NCBI GenBank assembly: GCA_963806225.1
Contig: CAWDXG010000004.1
Coordinates: forward strand, 736,001-800,000
Length of the DNA: 64,000 bases
Source: an uncultured delta proteobacterium
GTDB lineage: Bacteria > Myxococcota_A > Polyangia > Polyangiales > Polyangiaceae
Reading direction: 5' to 3'
The notes under the pieces were generated by a model. That model was given only the letters and a program-made list of their open reading frames with translations, was not told where the DNA came from and searched no databases. Each line of letters starts with the position of its first letter. Within the stretch, counting starts at the first letter, position 1. Below are positions 1 through 11,758 of the stretch, piece after piece. A program made the position numbers and the translations under genes.

Positions 1-3000
1 GGGCGCGCGAGATGATCGGCCCCTCGTTGTGCTCGCGATAGCGCTCGAGCTCGCGGCGCAGCACGCGGCTGGCGAGGCGCGCGCGGGCGTAGCGTTCCGC
101 CAGCTCCTCGATGCGCGCCAGCTGTTGCTCGGCGTCGGCGGCGGCGTCAGCGGCACCCGATCCCCCCAGCTGCTCCAGACCGCGCTCGCGGCCGCCGATG
201 TCCTGATCGACACCGCGCAGCGCTTCCTCGATCTCGGCGAGCTCGTGTTCAATGTCGAAGAGCCTGCCGCGGGCGGCGGCCTCGTCGCACTCCGACACGG
301 CACGCGCCAGCGCCTCGAAAGGTTCGCCGCCCCGCACGTCCAGCAGCTGCTCGTCCAGCTCGCGGAGCTTTTGTTCGAGTTCCCGCGCTTGCTCCGACCG
401 CTGTTCGGCAGCCTCCAGACCGGCCAGGTCCGTGGCGCCCGCGGCAGCGAGCAACTCGGCGAGGTCCTGTTCAGCATGCTCCGCCTCGCGCACGAGCTCC
501 GCGCATTCCCGGCGCCGGCTCTCGATGTCGCGTTCCAGCGCGACGCGGCTGTCGAAGTCGCGCCGCGCCTTGTCGTAGCGGGCGAGAAGGCCAGCGGCCG
601 CTTCGAGCAGCGGCAGCGGAGCCAGCGACGGCGCATGGGCCTGTACCAGCTCGCCGACCTCGGCAGACAGCTTCCGCGCGTCGCGCTCCATGCTCGCGAT
701 CCGGCGACGGGCATCGACCATCTTCTCGGCGTGGCTCGACAGCTCCACCAGCTCGGCGAGCACCGCGCGGACCTCGGCCGGCGACGCGCCGGCCTCGAGC
801 CCGAGCTCGCCGACCACCGGTGCCCACTCGGCCTGCCACGCCTCGAGCTGGCTCCGGCGCTCCTCGACGCGACTCGCTGCGCGCTGCAGCTCGGCATGCA
901 GCTCGCGGAGCGTGCCGTCGAGCTGCTGCCGCTCGCCCTGGATGGACGCGCGCTGCTGCACCTCCGCGGCGCCGCGCTCCACCAGCGACGCCAGCGCCGC
1001 GTCGTCCGCAGCGTCCAGCGCCGCGCGGAGAGCCTCGACGAGCAGACGCCGCCGCTCGAGCAGGTCGTCGCGCTCGCGCTTGTGCGAGGCAAGCTGCTGC
1101 ACCCGCGCCGACAGCTCGCCGTGACGGGCTAGCCACCCGCGCATCTCGCGGGGAGACAGGGGTTCGACCCCGGAGGCGCGCCAGGCCCCGGTCCACTCGC
1201 CCGCCAACGCCTGCTCCGACAGGTGCAGCGCGCCGAGCTCGACTCCGACGCGTTCGAGCTCCTGCTTGGCGCGGGCTTGTTCCGCGCCAAGGCTCGCGAG
1301 CTGCTCCACGCGCCCAGCCTCGCGCCGCAGGCGATCCGCGACGAGGTCAGCCTGCATCTGCGCGCGCTCGAAGGCGCCGTCCAGCGGCTGCTCGTCATCG
1401 AACCGGGTCGCCTCGGCGCTCACGTCTTCGCCCTGGTTCCATGCGCGCCGCACCAGCTGCCAGCCCTCGTCGCGGCGCGCGCGTGCCGCAGCGAGGTCCT
1501 CCTCCGTCGGCACCGCGCCCGCGCGCTGCAGTTGATCGAGCTGCTCGCCGCAGCGGTCCAGTGTACGGCGAAGCTGCTCACGCTGCTCGAGCAGCGCTCG
1601 GCGGCCCTGCTCGACCTCGGCGAAGCGCGCCTCGAAACGGTCGATGCTTTCCTGCGACAGCAACGGCAGTGCCGGCAGCTCGGCGAGCGCACCGGACCAG
1701 CGCCCGAGCGCCGCGAACCGTTGCTCCGCTTCCCGTTCCGCCTTTTCAATCTCCGACTCGCAGGTGACGAGGCGCGCGTCGAGATCCGCGTCGCGCTGTG
1801 CCGCCGCCACCGCGCGCTCGAGCGTTCCGCTGTCCGGCACCGCGGGTAGAGCGGCCAGGCGCCGCTCGGTGGTGGCGCGCTTGTCCTCGAGCTCCCGCTT
1901 CTGCTCCTCGGCCGCAAGCAACTGGTCGGCGAAGCGCTGGTGCTGGAGCTCGAGCTCGCGAACCTTCGCCTGCAGCACCACATCCGGCACGAGAATCGAC
2001 GGCCCGCTCCAGCGGCTCGGCGCGACCCAGGCGGCGCAGCACGGCGGCCACCGCCGCTTCGTGCACCTCGAGCTCGCCGCGACGCTTCGGAAGGTCCCGC
2101 GCGGCCTTGCGCTCCGCCGCGAGGCGATCGCGCAACAAGTCCATGCGCTGCTCGTCCAGGGCTGCCAGCGCTTCGGGCACGTCGAGCCCGCCACGGCGCT
2201 GCTCGAGCGCCTCGAGCTCGCGGCGCCGGCGCCCGAGCTCGCGCTTCGCGTCGGCGAGCGCGCTCTGGGCAGCCTCGCGCCGCTTGCGCGAATCGGCGGC
2301 GAGCAGCGGGTCGTCGCCCAGGTTCCTCTTCTCCTCGGACAGTGCCTGGCGCCTCGATACGAGCTGCCGGGCGCGCTGGATGCGGGTGAGCCGCTGCTCC
2401 TCCGACGCCAGCTCCGTACGGCGTGCGGCCAATCGGTCGCGCTCCGCGTGCGCATCATCCAGCGCGCGCTTCTGCTCGTGCCAGGCTTCGGGCCGTAGGC
2501 TTTCGTGGCTCCTCTGCTTTTTCGCGTCGTCGAACGCCTTCAGCGCAGCGTTGAGTGCCGGAGTGCTGGCGCGAGGGCGGAACAGCTCGTCGGCTTCGCG
2601 TTGCAGTGCTTCGAGCAACTCGCGGATGCCGCGTCCACCCAGACTGGCATCGAACAGGGTCTCGCCTACGTCGCCCTTGCCGGCGAGCAACGCGTTGCCG
2701 CCTTCGCGGAGCGTGACGTGATCGAGCCCGAACATGTTCTTGAACAGTGCCTCGCCGACGCCACCCAGCAGTCGCCCGAGCACGCCCTCGTCCAGGGGCT
2801 TGTCGCCAGGCCCGAGCAGGGTGTTCTTGCGGCCCTTGCGCCGGACCAGCTCGAGCTCGTGGCCGTCGGCAGCGCGGATGCGCGCGCCGATGCGCAGATC
2901 CGGCATGCGATGCAGGTGTGCGTCGCGCGTCTTCTCGGGAATGCCGTAGAGCAGCCCGGTGATGGCGCGGAGCGCGGTGCTCTTGCCTGCCTCGTTGTGC

Positions 3001-3098
3001 CCGTAGACGACGTGCAGCCCAGGCTCGCCGCCGGAAAAATCAATCACGCGGCCGGTAAACGGCCCAAACGCCGCCAGCTCGAGCGAAAGGAAGCGCAT
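1..3098 (-). CDS. yhaN: YhaN-like AAA ATPase with long coiled coil (SbcC/Rad50-like); +1 frameshift at about 1994; runs off the left edge
   Basis: N-terminus MRFLSLELAAFGPF...VVYGHNEAGKSTAL (Walker A). After removing one base at 1994-1995 the frame continues with DLVPDVVLQAKVRELE... to the C-terminal region ERYARARLASRVLRRELERYREHNEGPII. Directly downstream of yhaO. Confidence 0.85.
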
Positions 3099-3100
3099 GG

Positions 3101-4361
3101 CTAGCGCTCCTCCCGCGACAAGAGACGCGGCAGGAGCTGCTGCTCCACGTCGGACAGGACCTCGCGCAGACGCCCGGGGTCGTCCAGCCGCAGGCTGCGG
3201 CTTCCCTCGCGAAGCTCGCGCGGGAGCTTCTTCCGCAGCTCCGACAGCTCGCCCGCAAGCAGACCGAGCTCGGCGTCGCTGGCGCGGAGCTCGGCGAGCG
3301 ACTTGAGCAGCTGTCCGACCGCGTCGTCGCTCTCGGCGAGCGCGACGAGGTCGACCTCGTCGCGCGTGCGCAGACGGACCTTCTCGACCCAGAACGTCGT
3401 CTCCCGCGAGCTCCAGAGCGGCCTGCCGCACGTTGTGGACCCAGCGCTCCGGTTCCGCCGCGAGCTCGGCGTGGGCGCGGGTCATGCCGTCGACCTCGAC
3501 GCGCACCGCGAGGGTGCGGCCCTCGGCCGTCGCGAGCTCGCGCTCGATTCCCACGCGCGCCAGGTCGACCACCTCGTCGGCGCTGGAGGCCTCGCTCGCG
3601 TCCACGCGGCACACCGCCCAGCGCACGACGTCCAGCACCCTGTGCTCCACCGCCACGATGCGCCCGGCGTCGATCTCGATCAGCGTGGCGCCCTTCGGCC
3701 CGGTCTCGCGCGCGTGGCGCCCCTGTAGATTGCCCGGGAAGACGACCCACGGATCGGTCGACAGCACTTCCCGCTGGTGCACGTGACCCAGGGCCCAGTA
3801 GTCGTAGCCCTTGCCGACCAGATCCTCCACGCGACACGGCGCGTATACGTCGTGCCCTTCGCGGCCGGTGGCAGAGGTGTGGAGCAGCCCGATGTTCACC
3901 AGCCCCCTCTGCGGCGACGGATAGCCCTTCGAAAGATCCTCGTCGACCGCACCCCGCGCGAAGCTCTGCCCGTGCACGACGATTCCGGCCTCCGCGAACT
4001 CGATGCTCTCGGGCCGCTTGTCGGACAGCTCGCGCACATTGTCGGGCAGCCTGAGCCGCCGGACGACGCGGCTGGCAGCATCGTGGTTGCCGCGCACCCA
4101 CACCACCTGCACGCCCGCCTCCGCGAGCTGCGCCATCTGCGCCGCGAAGAACAACCCCGTCGAGTAGTCGTCCCATTCGCCGTCGAACAGATCTCCGGCG
4201 ACCAGAAGCAGGCGCGCATCCTGCTCGAGGCACAGCTCGACCAGGTTCTCCAGAGCGCGCCGGGTAGCGCCGCGGATCTCCTGGACCGGCGCGCCTTCAT
4301 AACGCTCGAGCCCGCGCAGCGGACTGTCCAGGTGCAGGTCGGCCGCGTGCACGATCTTCAC
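3101..4361 (-). CDS. yhaO: YhaO-like metallophosphoesterase/DNA exonuclease (SbcD/Mre11 family); +1 frameshift at about 3393
   Basis: Motifs HAADLHLD, AGDLFD, GNHD, LLHT, ALGHVH, PGNLQGRH. Removing one base restores DDVWVEKVRLRT...LLSREER* with the stop at 3101-3103, 2 nt before the yhaN ATG. Confidence 0.88.
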
Positions 4362-4589
4362 GGCGTAGCTCCCCTCGGACCGGACACGGCCGGTCCATAG
4401 CACGGCGCCAGGCCGGCTCCGGCCGGCCCGGACAGGAGCTGTCCGCCCCCGGAAGTGCAACCGGACGGCGCCACCGGGCAATCGGCCGGTCGCTTCCGCG
4501 CCGCACGTGCCGAAGCCCCGGCAATGCACTCGCTTTCCCGGATGGGTCGTGCATCATCCTCCGGTACCCTTCTTCGCAGCCGAGCCGAC

Positions 4590-5312
4590 ATGCACCTGTC
4601 TTCCGGGATGATCGCCAATCTCATCGTCTGGTACCTCGTGTTTGTCTTCAGCACGACGTTCCACGAGTTCGCGCACACGTTCGTCGCCTACAAAGGCGGC
4701 GACTCCACCGCCTACGAAGGCGGGCACGTCAGCCTCGACCCCATCCCGCACATCCGGCGCTCGCCGTTCGGCATGGTGCTCGTTCCGCTCATCTCGTTCG
4801 TCCAGATGGGCTGGATGCTCGGCTGGGCGTCGGTTCCCTACGACCCGGAGTGGGGGCGGCGACACCCGCGCCGGCAGGCTCTCATGTCGCTCGCCGGTCC
4901 TGCGGCCAATCTGCTGCTGGCGCTGGTCGCGCTGGTCATCATGCGCGCGCTCCTGGCCGCCGGCGTCTTCGTGGCTCCGAACCAGGTGAGCTTCACCCAC
5001 CTGGTCGTGCTCGCCAAGGACCCGAACAGCCACACGCCGCTCGCCGCGGGGGCGATGGCGCTGTCGATCATGATGAATCTCAACGTCTTGCTGGGGCTCT
5101 TCAACCTGATCCCAATCCCCCCGCTGGATGGAGCGGGCGTGGTGGAGGGCGCGGCCCCCCGTGCCACAGCGTCGTTCTACCAGCAGATGCGCTCCTCCGG
5201 CTTCATGCAGATCGCAGGGCTGATCCTGGCCTGGCAGCTGTTTCCCTACATCGCCCGCCCGGCGTTTTCGCTGGTCCTGATGCTGGTCCACCCCGGCGTC
5301 CACTATCAGTGA
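4590..5312 (+). CDS. Site-2 protease (peptidase M50)
   Basis: HEFAH, AGPAANL and NLIPIPPLDG motifs; multiple hydrophobic helices. Confidence 0.92.
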   Translation: MHLSSGMIANLIVWYLVFVFSTTFHEFAHTFVAYKGGDSTAYEGGHVSLDPIPHIRRSPFGMVLVPLISFVQMGWMLGWASVPYDPEWGRRHPRRQALMSLAGPAANLLLALVALVIMRALLAAGVFVAPNQVSFTHLVVLAKDPNSHTPLAAGAMALSIMMNLNVLLGLFNLIPIPPLDGAGVVEGAAPRATASFYQQMRSSGFMQIAGLILAWQLFPYIARPAFSLVLMLVHPGVHYQ

Positions 5313-5366
5313 GATCCGGGCTGCTTGCGTTGCGGCGACGCGTCACTATGCTCCGTATCGGGAAGA

Positions 5367-7157
5367 ATGGGGGACCCTGCACTGCTCGACAAGCTCGAGA
5401 CAGCTCGCCGCGCGTTTGTGCGAGATGCACGGAACGCGAAGGGGGTGGTCTTGCGTCCGCTGCTCGACACGCTCGATCGGACGCTGGAGGCGCTCAGGAG
5501 CGCAGCGCCCGGACATCGCAATGCGGCAACCAACGACGTAGCAGAGCCGGCGACTCCCACGGGCCTCCTGCTGGCGCTGCTCGAAAGCACGACCGACATC
5601 ATCTTCGCCAAGGACCTCCAGGGCCGCTATCTGATGATCAACGAGGCCGGAGCGCGAGCGATAGGCCGTCCGGTTTCCGAGGTGATCGGCCGCAATGCCC
5701 GCGAGCTTTTGTCTCCGGAGATGGCCGACCGGATCCTCGAGGCCGACACGAACGTGCTCGAAGCGGCGGACACGCGCACGCTGGAGAACCTCGCCAACGT
5801 CGAAGGCGAAAGCCGCGTCTATCTGTCCACGAAAGGCGTCCTCCGCGACAGGGCCGGGGTCGTCACTGGGCTCTTCGGCATCGCCCGCGACATCACCGAC
5901 CGCAAGCGTCGCGAGCAGGAGCACGCCGAACTGCTGCGTTCCGAGCAGATAGCGCGGGAGAATGCCGAACGCGCCGCGCGCGCGCTCGGCGATCTGCTCG
6001 CCGTGACGGAGGCGGCGCTCTCGCGTCTCGATCTCCATGAACTGCTCGACAGCGTGGCCGTGAAGGTGGAAGCCGTGTTCCGCGCCGACACGGTCGCAAT
6101 CCTGCTGCGCTCCGAGGACGACGACGTGCTGGTGGTGAGCGCCGCACGAGGCATCGTCGATGACGACGAGATCGGATCCCACGTGCCGTTCTCGGGAACC
6201 GTTGCCCGACAGGTGATGGAGCGCGAAAGTCCGCTTCGCGTCGAGGACCTCTCACAGGTCGAGGTCAGCCCGCCCGGGCTCAAGGCAGCGGGGATCCGCT
6301 CGTTGCTGCTCGCGCCAATGCGGCTCGGCGATCGGGCAGCAGGCGTCCTGCATGTCGGGACACTCGAACCGGGGCGATTCGACGACAACGACGCACGACT
6401 CCTCCAGCTCGTCGCCGACCGCGTCGCGCAGGCCGTCGAGCACGCGCGCCTGTTCGAGGCGAGCCAGCGCGCGATCCGCGCGCGCGACGAGATGCTTGCG
6501 GTGATCTCCCACGATCTCGGCAATCCGCTCAACGGCATCGTGCTGAATGCGAACCTGCTCGATCGCCGGCTCGACCGCGACGACCAACGACCTCACAGCT
6601 ACGTGGACCGCATCCGCCGCGACGCGGATCGCATGCACCACATGGTGCTTGACCTGCTCGACACCGCGAGCCTCGACGCTGGCAGTCTCGCCCTCGATCG
6701 CGGGCTCTGGCCCGCCGAGTCGCTCTTGACGGAAGCCGTCGACATTCTCGCGCCGCTGGCCGACGACCGCAGCATCCAGCTCGAGTCCGCTTCGTGCGAG
6801 CCTGGGCTCGTGGTCGATTGTGATCGCCAGCGTACCCTGCGCGTGTTCTCGAACCTGATCGGCAATGCGATAAAGTTCACGCCGGAGCAGGGTCGCGTGT
6901 GCGTGTCCGCGGCTCGCGACGGCGCCCACGTCCGTTTCACGGTAGAAGACACCGGCCCCGGCATTGCGCCCGAGCACATCGGCAGCGTCTTCAGCCGCTA
7001 CTGGCAGGCCCCCGGCGGCCAACGTCGAGGTCGAGGCCTGGGCCTGTACATCGCCAAGGGCATCGTCGAAGCACACGGCGGCGCGATCTGGATCGACCGT
7101 GCCGACGGCGGCGGCGCGCGGTTTTCCTTCACGCTGCCCGCCGAGCCCGAGCGCTGA
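5367..7157 (+). CDS. PAS-GAF sensor histidine kinase
   Basis: PAS (IFAKDLQGRYLMIN...GIARDITDRK), GAF domain, H-box SHDLGNPL, NLIGNAIKF, DTGPGI, GLGLYIAKGIVEAHGG. Confidence 0.93.
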   Translation: MGDPALLDKLETARRAFVRDARNAKGVVLRPLLDTLDRTLEALRSAAPGHRNAATNDVAEPATPTGLLLALLESTTDIIFAKDLQGRYLMINEAGARAIGRPVSEVIGRNARELLSPEMADRILEADTNVLEAADTRTLENLANVEGESRVYLSTKGVLRDRAGVVTGLFGIARDITDRKRREQEHAELLRSEQIARENAERAARALGDLLAVTEAALSRLDLHELLDSVAVKVEAVFRADTVAILLRSEDDDVLVVSAARGIVDDDEIGSHVPFSGTVARQVMERESPLRVEDLSQVEVSPPGLKAAGIRSLLLAPMRLGDRAAGVLHVGTLEPGRFDDNDARLLQLVADRVAQAVEHARLFEASQRAIRARDEMLAVISHDLGNPLNGIVLNANLLDRRLDRDDQRPHSYVDRIRRDADRMHHMVLDLLDTASLDAGSLALDRGLWPAESLLTEAVDILAPLADDRSIQLESASCEPGLVVDCDRQRTLRVFSNLIGNAIKFTPEQGRVCVSAARDGAHVRFTVEDTGPGIAPEHIGSVFSRYWQAPGGQRRGRGLGLYIAKGIVEAHGGAIWIDRADGGGARFSFTLPAEPER

Positions 7158-7399
7158 CGCTACAGCGCGAAAATTCCACCGGGATGCGAGGGCTGCTCAC
7201 GCCGCGGTAGGCCGCGAACGGAAAAGTGCAGCCACACGCACAGTGGGGGCATTTTCTCTCGCAGAAGCTCGACGTAGCGGCCGAAACGGTAATAATCACC
7301 GGTGCGCGGGCTCGTCCGCACGCATCCTTCGACGGCTTGCGCGCACCACGGAACGGACGCCTCCTCGGGCACAGCGGAACGACACAAGGAGCGGGACCG

Positions 7400-9208
7400 A
7401 TGCGAAGCTGGTTTGCATTCTTGGCAGCGGGGGCAATTGTTCTTGGTTGCGGATCGCCGAACAGCTCCGGCTTCAACGGCTTCGGGGGCAGTGGCGGCCA
7501 GGCCGCGAGCGGCGGCAATGGTGGCGCGGGCGGGAACGTCGGCGCGGCGGGATGCACCAAGGACCCCGACTGCAACGCATGCAAGGGCTGCTACGCGCTG
7601 TGCATCTGCACGACCGGCAGCTCGAAGGTCCAGTGCGAGAACGCCTGCGGCCTGCCGACCGGCGGCAGCGGCGGCTCCAGCAGCGGCGGCTCCGGCAGCA
7701 GCGGCGGTAGCAGCGGCAGCGGCAGCGGCGGAACCAGCGTCGGCGGCAACGGCGGCTCCAGCAGCGGCGGCTCCAGCAGCGGCGGCTCGGGAGGGCAACC
7801 CGCCACCCAGGGCGCGCTCGCCGGGGGGATCTCGATCTCGCAGATCGTCATCAACCAGGGCGTATCCATCGCGATCGAGAAGAACGGGCAGGCGGTATCG
7901 AACCGCAACGCGCCGGTCGTGCAGGGACGCCAAGCGCTGATGCGGGTCTTCGTCGCTCCAGGCGGCGGGTTCTCGTCCAGGACGATCGTCGGGCGCCTGT
8001 CCATCACTGGCGCAAACGACCAGACCGTCAACAAGAGCGTGAGCGGCGCCTCCAGCCAGAGCAATCTCGGCAGCACCTTCAACTTCACCATTCCAGCCGC
8101 GCAGATGACGGGCAGCACGAAGTTCGCCGTGCGCCTCGAAGAAGCGAGCGGCTCGACCAAGGGTACCGTCAACGGCGCGACCTATCCGGCCTCGGGCACT
8201 GCGAGCATGAGCGCAGAGAGCACACACGGCGCGTTCAAGGTCATCGTCGTCCCCGTGGTGATGAACGGGTACACGCCGCAGGTCCCCAAGAGCACGCTGG
8301 TGAACACCTTGATGTCGGTGTACCCGGCGAGCGCGATCAACATGACCGTGCACGCTGCGGTCAACTACCCGTACGGCTCGGTGAGCGCGAATGGCACGGG
8401 CTGGGACCAGGCACTGCAGTGGGCGATGGGCCTGCGCAACCAGCTCGGCGTCGACTCGAAGACGTTCATCTACGGGGCGCTCGCACCGGCCAGCTCCATG
8501 CAGGGCTTCTGCGGCGGCGGCTGCGTCGCCGGCCTCGGCAGCGTGCCGCCCGCGAACTACACCTCCGGGCGCGCCGCGGTCGGCCTCGGCTACTTCCCGG
8601 ACGGCTCGGGCGGCCCCAGCAACTACTCGGGCGGCGCGCCGTTCACCATGGCGCACGAGCTCGGTCACGCGCTCGGACGGAACCACGCCAACTGCAGCCA
8701 GGGTGGCAGCATCTCGGGCGTCGACCCCAACTACCCATACCAGAACGGCTCGATCGGCGCGTGGGGCTACGACCTCAACGCCAAGCAGCTCAAGAACCCG
8801 AGCCAGTTCAAGGACTTCATGGGCTACTGCAACCCGGACTGGATCAGCGACTACACGTACTCGGGGATCTTCACGCGCGAGTCGTACGTCAACGCCAACG
8901 GCTACATCATCCAGAACGGCGATTCGCTGCGCGCGCCAGGCCGCTTCCGCATCGCCATCATCGAGCCCGACGGCACCATGCACTGGATGAACACCGTGAA
9001 CACGACAGAGCCGGTGTGGGGCGAGGAGCGTGAGGTGCAGACACGCGACAAGGCCGGCAACGTGGTTGGCACCGTCGTCGGGTTCTACCAGCCGCTTGCG
9101 GACCTGGCAGGCGGCACTCTGTACGTGCGCGAAAGCTCCGTCAGCGTGGAGTCCGGCGTGCATGCGATCGCGGCGCCCGGGCTGAGCCCGACCGTGCTCG
9201 GGATGTAG
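7400..9208 (+). CDS. Secreted lipoprotein zinc metallopeptidase (metzincin-like) with Gly/Ser linkers and a Cys-rich module
   Basis: Signal peptide ending VLGC; HELGHALGRNH zinc motif; downstream DFMGY Met-turn. Confidence 0.8.
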   Translation: MRSWFAFLAAGAIVLGCGSPNSSGFNGFGGSGGQAASGGNGGAGGNVGAAGCTKDPDCNACKGCYALCICTTGSSKVQCENACGLPTGGSGGSSSGGSGSSGGSSGSGSGGTSVGGNGGSSSGGSSSGGSGGQPATQGALAGGISISQIVINQGVSIAIEKNGQAVSNRNAPVVQGRQALMRVFVAPGGGFSSRTIVGRLSITGANDQTVNKSVSGASSQSNLGSTFNFTIPAAQMTGSTKFAVRLEEASGSTKGTVNGATYPASGTASMSAESTHGAFKVIVVPVVMNGYTPQVPKSTLVNTLMSVYPASAINMTVHAAVNYPYGSVSANGTGWDQALQWAMGLRNQLGVDSKTFIYGALAPASSMQGFCGGGCVAGLGSVPPANYTSGRAAVGLGYFPDGSGGPSNYSGGAPFTMAHELGHALGRNHANCSQGGSISGVDPNYPYQNGSIGAWGYDLNAKQLKNPSQFKDFMGYCNPDWISDYTYSGIFTRESYVNANGYIIQNGDSLRAPGRFRIAIIEPDGTMHWMNTVNTTEPVWGEEREVQTRDKAGNVVGTVVGFYQPLADLAGGTLYVRESSVSVESGVHAIAAPGLSPTVLGM

Positions 9209-9220
9209 CGCAGACCGGAT

Positions 9221-9886
9221 TCAGCCCGTAGGCACCAACCCCACGGGACAGCTGACGCCGGTGCCACCGAGGCCGCAGTAGCCGTCGGGGTTCTTTGCCA
9301 GGTACTGCTGGTGGTAGTCCTCGGCGTAGTAGAACTCCGGCGCGTCGCGGATCTCCGTCGTGATGGTGCCGTGGCCGGCTTCGGCGAGCACCTTCTGGTA
9401 GGCATCGCGTGACGCCGCGGCTGCCCGCTTCTGCGCTTCGTCGAAGCAGTAGACGGCAGAGCGGTACTGCGTGCCGACGTCGTTGCCCTGGCGCATGCCC
9501 TGCGTCGGATCGTGATTTTCCCAGAAGATCGCGAGCAGCGCCTCGTAGCTCTTGACGGCCGGGTCGTAGACGACAAGCACGACCTCCGTGTGGCCGGTCT
9601 GGCCGCTACAGACCTCGCGGTACGTCGGATTCGGCGTCAGACCTCCGGCGTAGCCGACCGCTGTCGAGTAGACGCCAGGGGCCTGCCAGAACTTGCGCTC
9701 CGCACCCCAGAAGCATCCCATGCCGAACACCGCCTGCTCGGTCCCCTCGGGGAACGGCGGCGTCATCCGCGCACCGTTCACGACGTGCTGTTCCGGGACG
9801 AGCATCGCTTCCTCGCGCCCCGGCAACGCCTCCCGGGCCGAGGGGAGCTCGAGCTTCTTCGGATTCATCCACATGCGGCAGATCAT
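9221..9886 (-). CDS. msrA: Peptide-methionine (S)-S-oxide reductase
   Basis: [45 protein letters not shown]. The upstream part of the listed 488-aa ORF looks like spurious extension overlapping the next gene. Confidence 0.96.
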   Translation of the reverse strand: MICRMWMNPKKLELPSAREALPGREEAMLVPEQHVVNGARMTPPFPEGTEQAVFGMGCFWGAERKFWQAPGVYSTAVGYAGGLTPNPTYREVCSGQTGHTEVVLVVYDPAVKSYEALLAIFWENHDPTQGMRQGNDVGTQYRSAVYCFDEAQKRAAAASRDAYQKVLAEAGHGTITTEIRDAPEFYYAEDYHQQYLAKNPDGYCGLGGTGVSCPVGLVPTG

Positions 9887-9939
9887 GGCGACCTCTGCTC
9901 TGGATGAAAAGCCCCGGCGCTCCGGTTCCCCGCCTTTTC

Positions 9940-10782
9940 CTAGCCTTGGCCCTTCGACTTCGCCTTGCGCTTCGAGGTGCGCTTGCGCTTGGCAGCGCGG
10001 CGAGCCCGGGACTCGAGCGCATCGAGCGAAGTGGCGGCGCGAAGGTGGGCGGCGGCCGCCGCCGTCTCCACGTCGACGTCCTCGGCACCGACATGCAGCT
10101 CCTCGGCGTCGATAGGCTCGTCGTCGTGGGGATTGTCCTCGAAGGTCAGTACGTGATCGAACAGCGAGTCGGCGTCCGCGAAGGCCGCAGCGAGCGGCGC
10201 GATTTCGCTCTTTGCAAGCGACTGGATGCCGAAGCGCATCGCCATCACGAGCGTCTCGCGCACTCCCCTTCCTTCCACCGACGTAGCCGGAACGATGGGG
10301 ACCGCCTTGCCGAGCTTGAGCCGGCGACGCAGAAGCTCCTCCTTGAGCGCAGAAGGATGATCCTGCTTGTTGGCCTGCACGACCAACGGCAAGGGCGCGT
10401 CGCGCTTCTTCATCGACGCACGCAGCCGCGCGAACGTGCGCATGGTATCGGGAAACTGCGGCGGAGTGCAGTCGCACACGAAGACGACCACGTCGGCCAT
10501 TTCCACCAGCGGACGGCGCCGGTAGTTGCGCTGCACCTGCCCCGGGACGGTGATGAGTTGCATCTTGATCTTTGCACCGCCCTGCGGCGGCGCGTCGACC
10601 TCGAGCCAGTCGAAGAACATCGTGCGGCCCTTGAGCTCGGCCGGCGTGTACATTTCGCTGCGGCGCTTGGTCGAGACCAGACGGCACACCTGCTGCAGGT
10701 TGGTCGTCTTGCCCGCGAAGCCGGGGCCATCGTAGACGATGCGCACTACGTAGCAGTCACGTGCGGAATCGTAGGAGGCCAT
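9940..10782 (-). CDS. MglA-family small GTPase with C-terminal extension
   Basis: [16 protein letters not shown] (G1), RTMFFD, TVPGQ (G3), ANKQD (G4). Confidence 0.85.
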   Translation of the reverse strand: MASYDSARDCYVVRIVYDGPGFAGKTTNLQQVCRLVSTKRRSEMYTPAELKGRTMFFDWLEVDAPPQGGAKIKMQLITVPGQVQRNYRRRPLVEMADVVVFVCDCTPPQFPDTMRTFARLRASMKKRDAPLPLVVQANKQDHPSALKEELLRRRLKLGKAVPIVPATSVEGRGVRETLVMAMRFGIQSLAKSEIAPLAAAFADADSLFDHVLTFEDNPHDDEPIDAEELHVGAEDVDVETAAAAAHLRAATSLDALESRARRAAKRKRTSKRKAKSKGQG

Positions 10783-10956
10783 GCCTGGACCTAGCTACCG
10801 CGACTTCAGCTGCAATGAAACCCTGCAGCTGAAGCAGCTGGAAAGCCGCCCCGCCGCGTCTGCCGCCGCGTCCGGCGCGCCCGGCTGGCAGGGGGGGTCA
10901 CGCGGCCGGCCGCACGTCCTACGGCGCCGCTCGCGATCCGCGCTATATGGTGACAG

Positions 10957-11643
10957 GTGGGCTGGACGCTCGACCACGCGCTTCTGGATCCCGATGGCGC
11001 CAAGCTGGTTGCGCTTCGGCACGGCGAGCTGAAGAAGCTCGAAGCAGCGACCGAGGTGCTGTGCGGTTTGAGGGAGCTCGAGATCATCGCGATTGGCATG
11101 CGCAAGCTGCCGGACGCCGTGGCGCGGCTCCGCGGGCTCACACGCCTCGATGTCTCCGACAACGTGCTGACCGAGCTGCCCGGGTGGCTGGGCGAGCTCG
11201 AGCACCTGCAGGAGCTCAGCGCGGCGTCGAACCGCATCGCCGAGCTGCCCGCTGGGCTCTACGACCTCCACGAGCTCAAGGAGCTGGACCTGGCCGACAA
11301 CGAGCTCGAGACCATCGACGCGAAGCTCGGCCAGCTCGACCAGCTCGAGCACCTGGCGCTGAGCGGGAACCACCTCCGCGCGATTCCGTCCAGCATCGGA
11401 CGGCTCGCGCGCCTCGCGCGGCTGTACGTGAACCAGAACCAGCTCGAAACGCTGCCGCGGCAACTCGGAGAGCTTGGCGCGCTGGAAGAACTGCTGCTCG
11501 CCGACAACCGCCTGACCGCGCTGCCGCGCGAGCTTCTGGGAGTCGGGACGCTCGAGTGGCTCACCCTGCGGGGCAACCCGCTGTCGCCAGGGGAGCGGGA
11601 GCGCATCCGCGAAGCCCTGCCCGAATGCAGCGTAACCGGCTAA
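10957..11643 (+). CDS. Leucine-rich repeat protein
   Basis: About 8 repeats of 23 aa, LxxLxLxxNxLxxLP. Start uncertain. Confidence 0.9.
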   Translation: MGWTLDHALLDPDGAKLVALRHGELKKLEAATEVLCGLRELEIIAIGMRKLPDAVARLRGLTRLDVSDNVLTELPGWLGELEHLQELSAASNRIAELPAGLYDLHELKELDLADNELETIDAKLGQLDQLEHLALSGNHLRAIPSSIGRLARLARLYVNQNQLETLPRQLGELGALEELLLADNRLTALPRELLGVGTLEWLTLRGNPLSPGERERIREALPECSVTG

Positions 11644-11758
11644 CGATGCCCCGTGCCTGCGCCCACGCCGCACGCGCCCTTGCGCGACCGCTCCCCGCTC
11701 CTTACATGACGAGGGCGGGGTTGTCGCACAAGCCCGGATCCGGATTCTGGAAGGACGC

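Noticed and set aside
1746..4529. Apparent 927-aa nuclease-ATPase fusion ORF
   Set aside because: A one-base insertion at about 3393 shifts yhaO into the yhaN frame. The real yhaO C-terminus and stop are present in the other frame.
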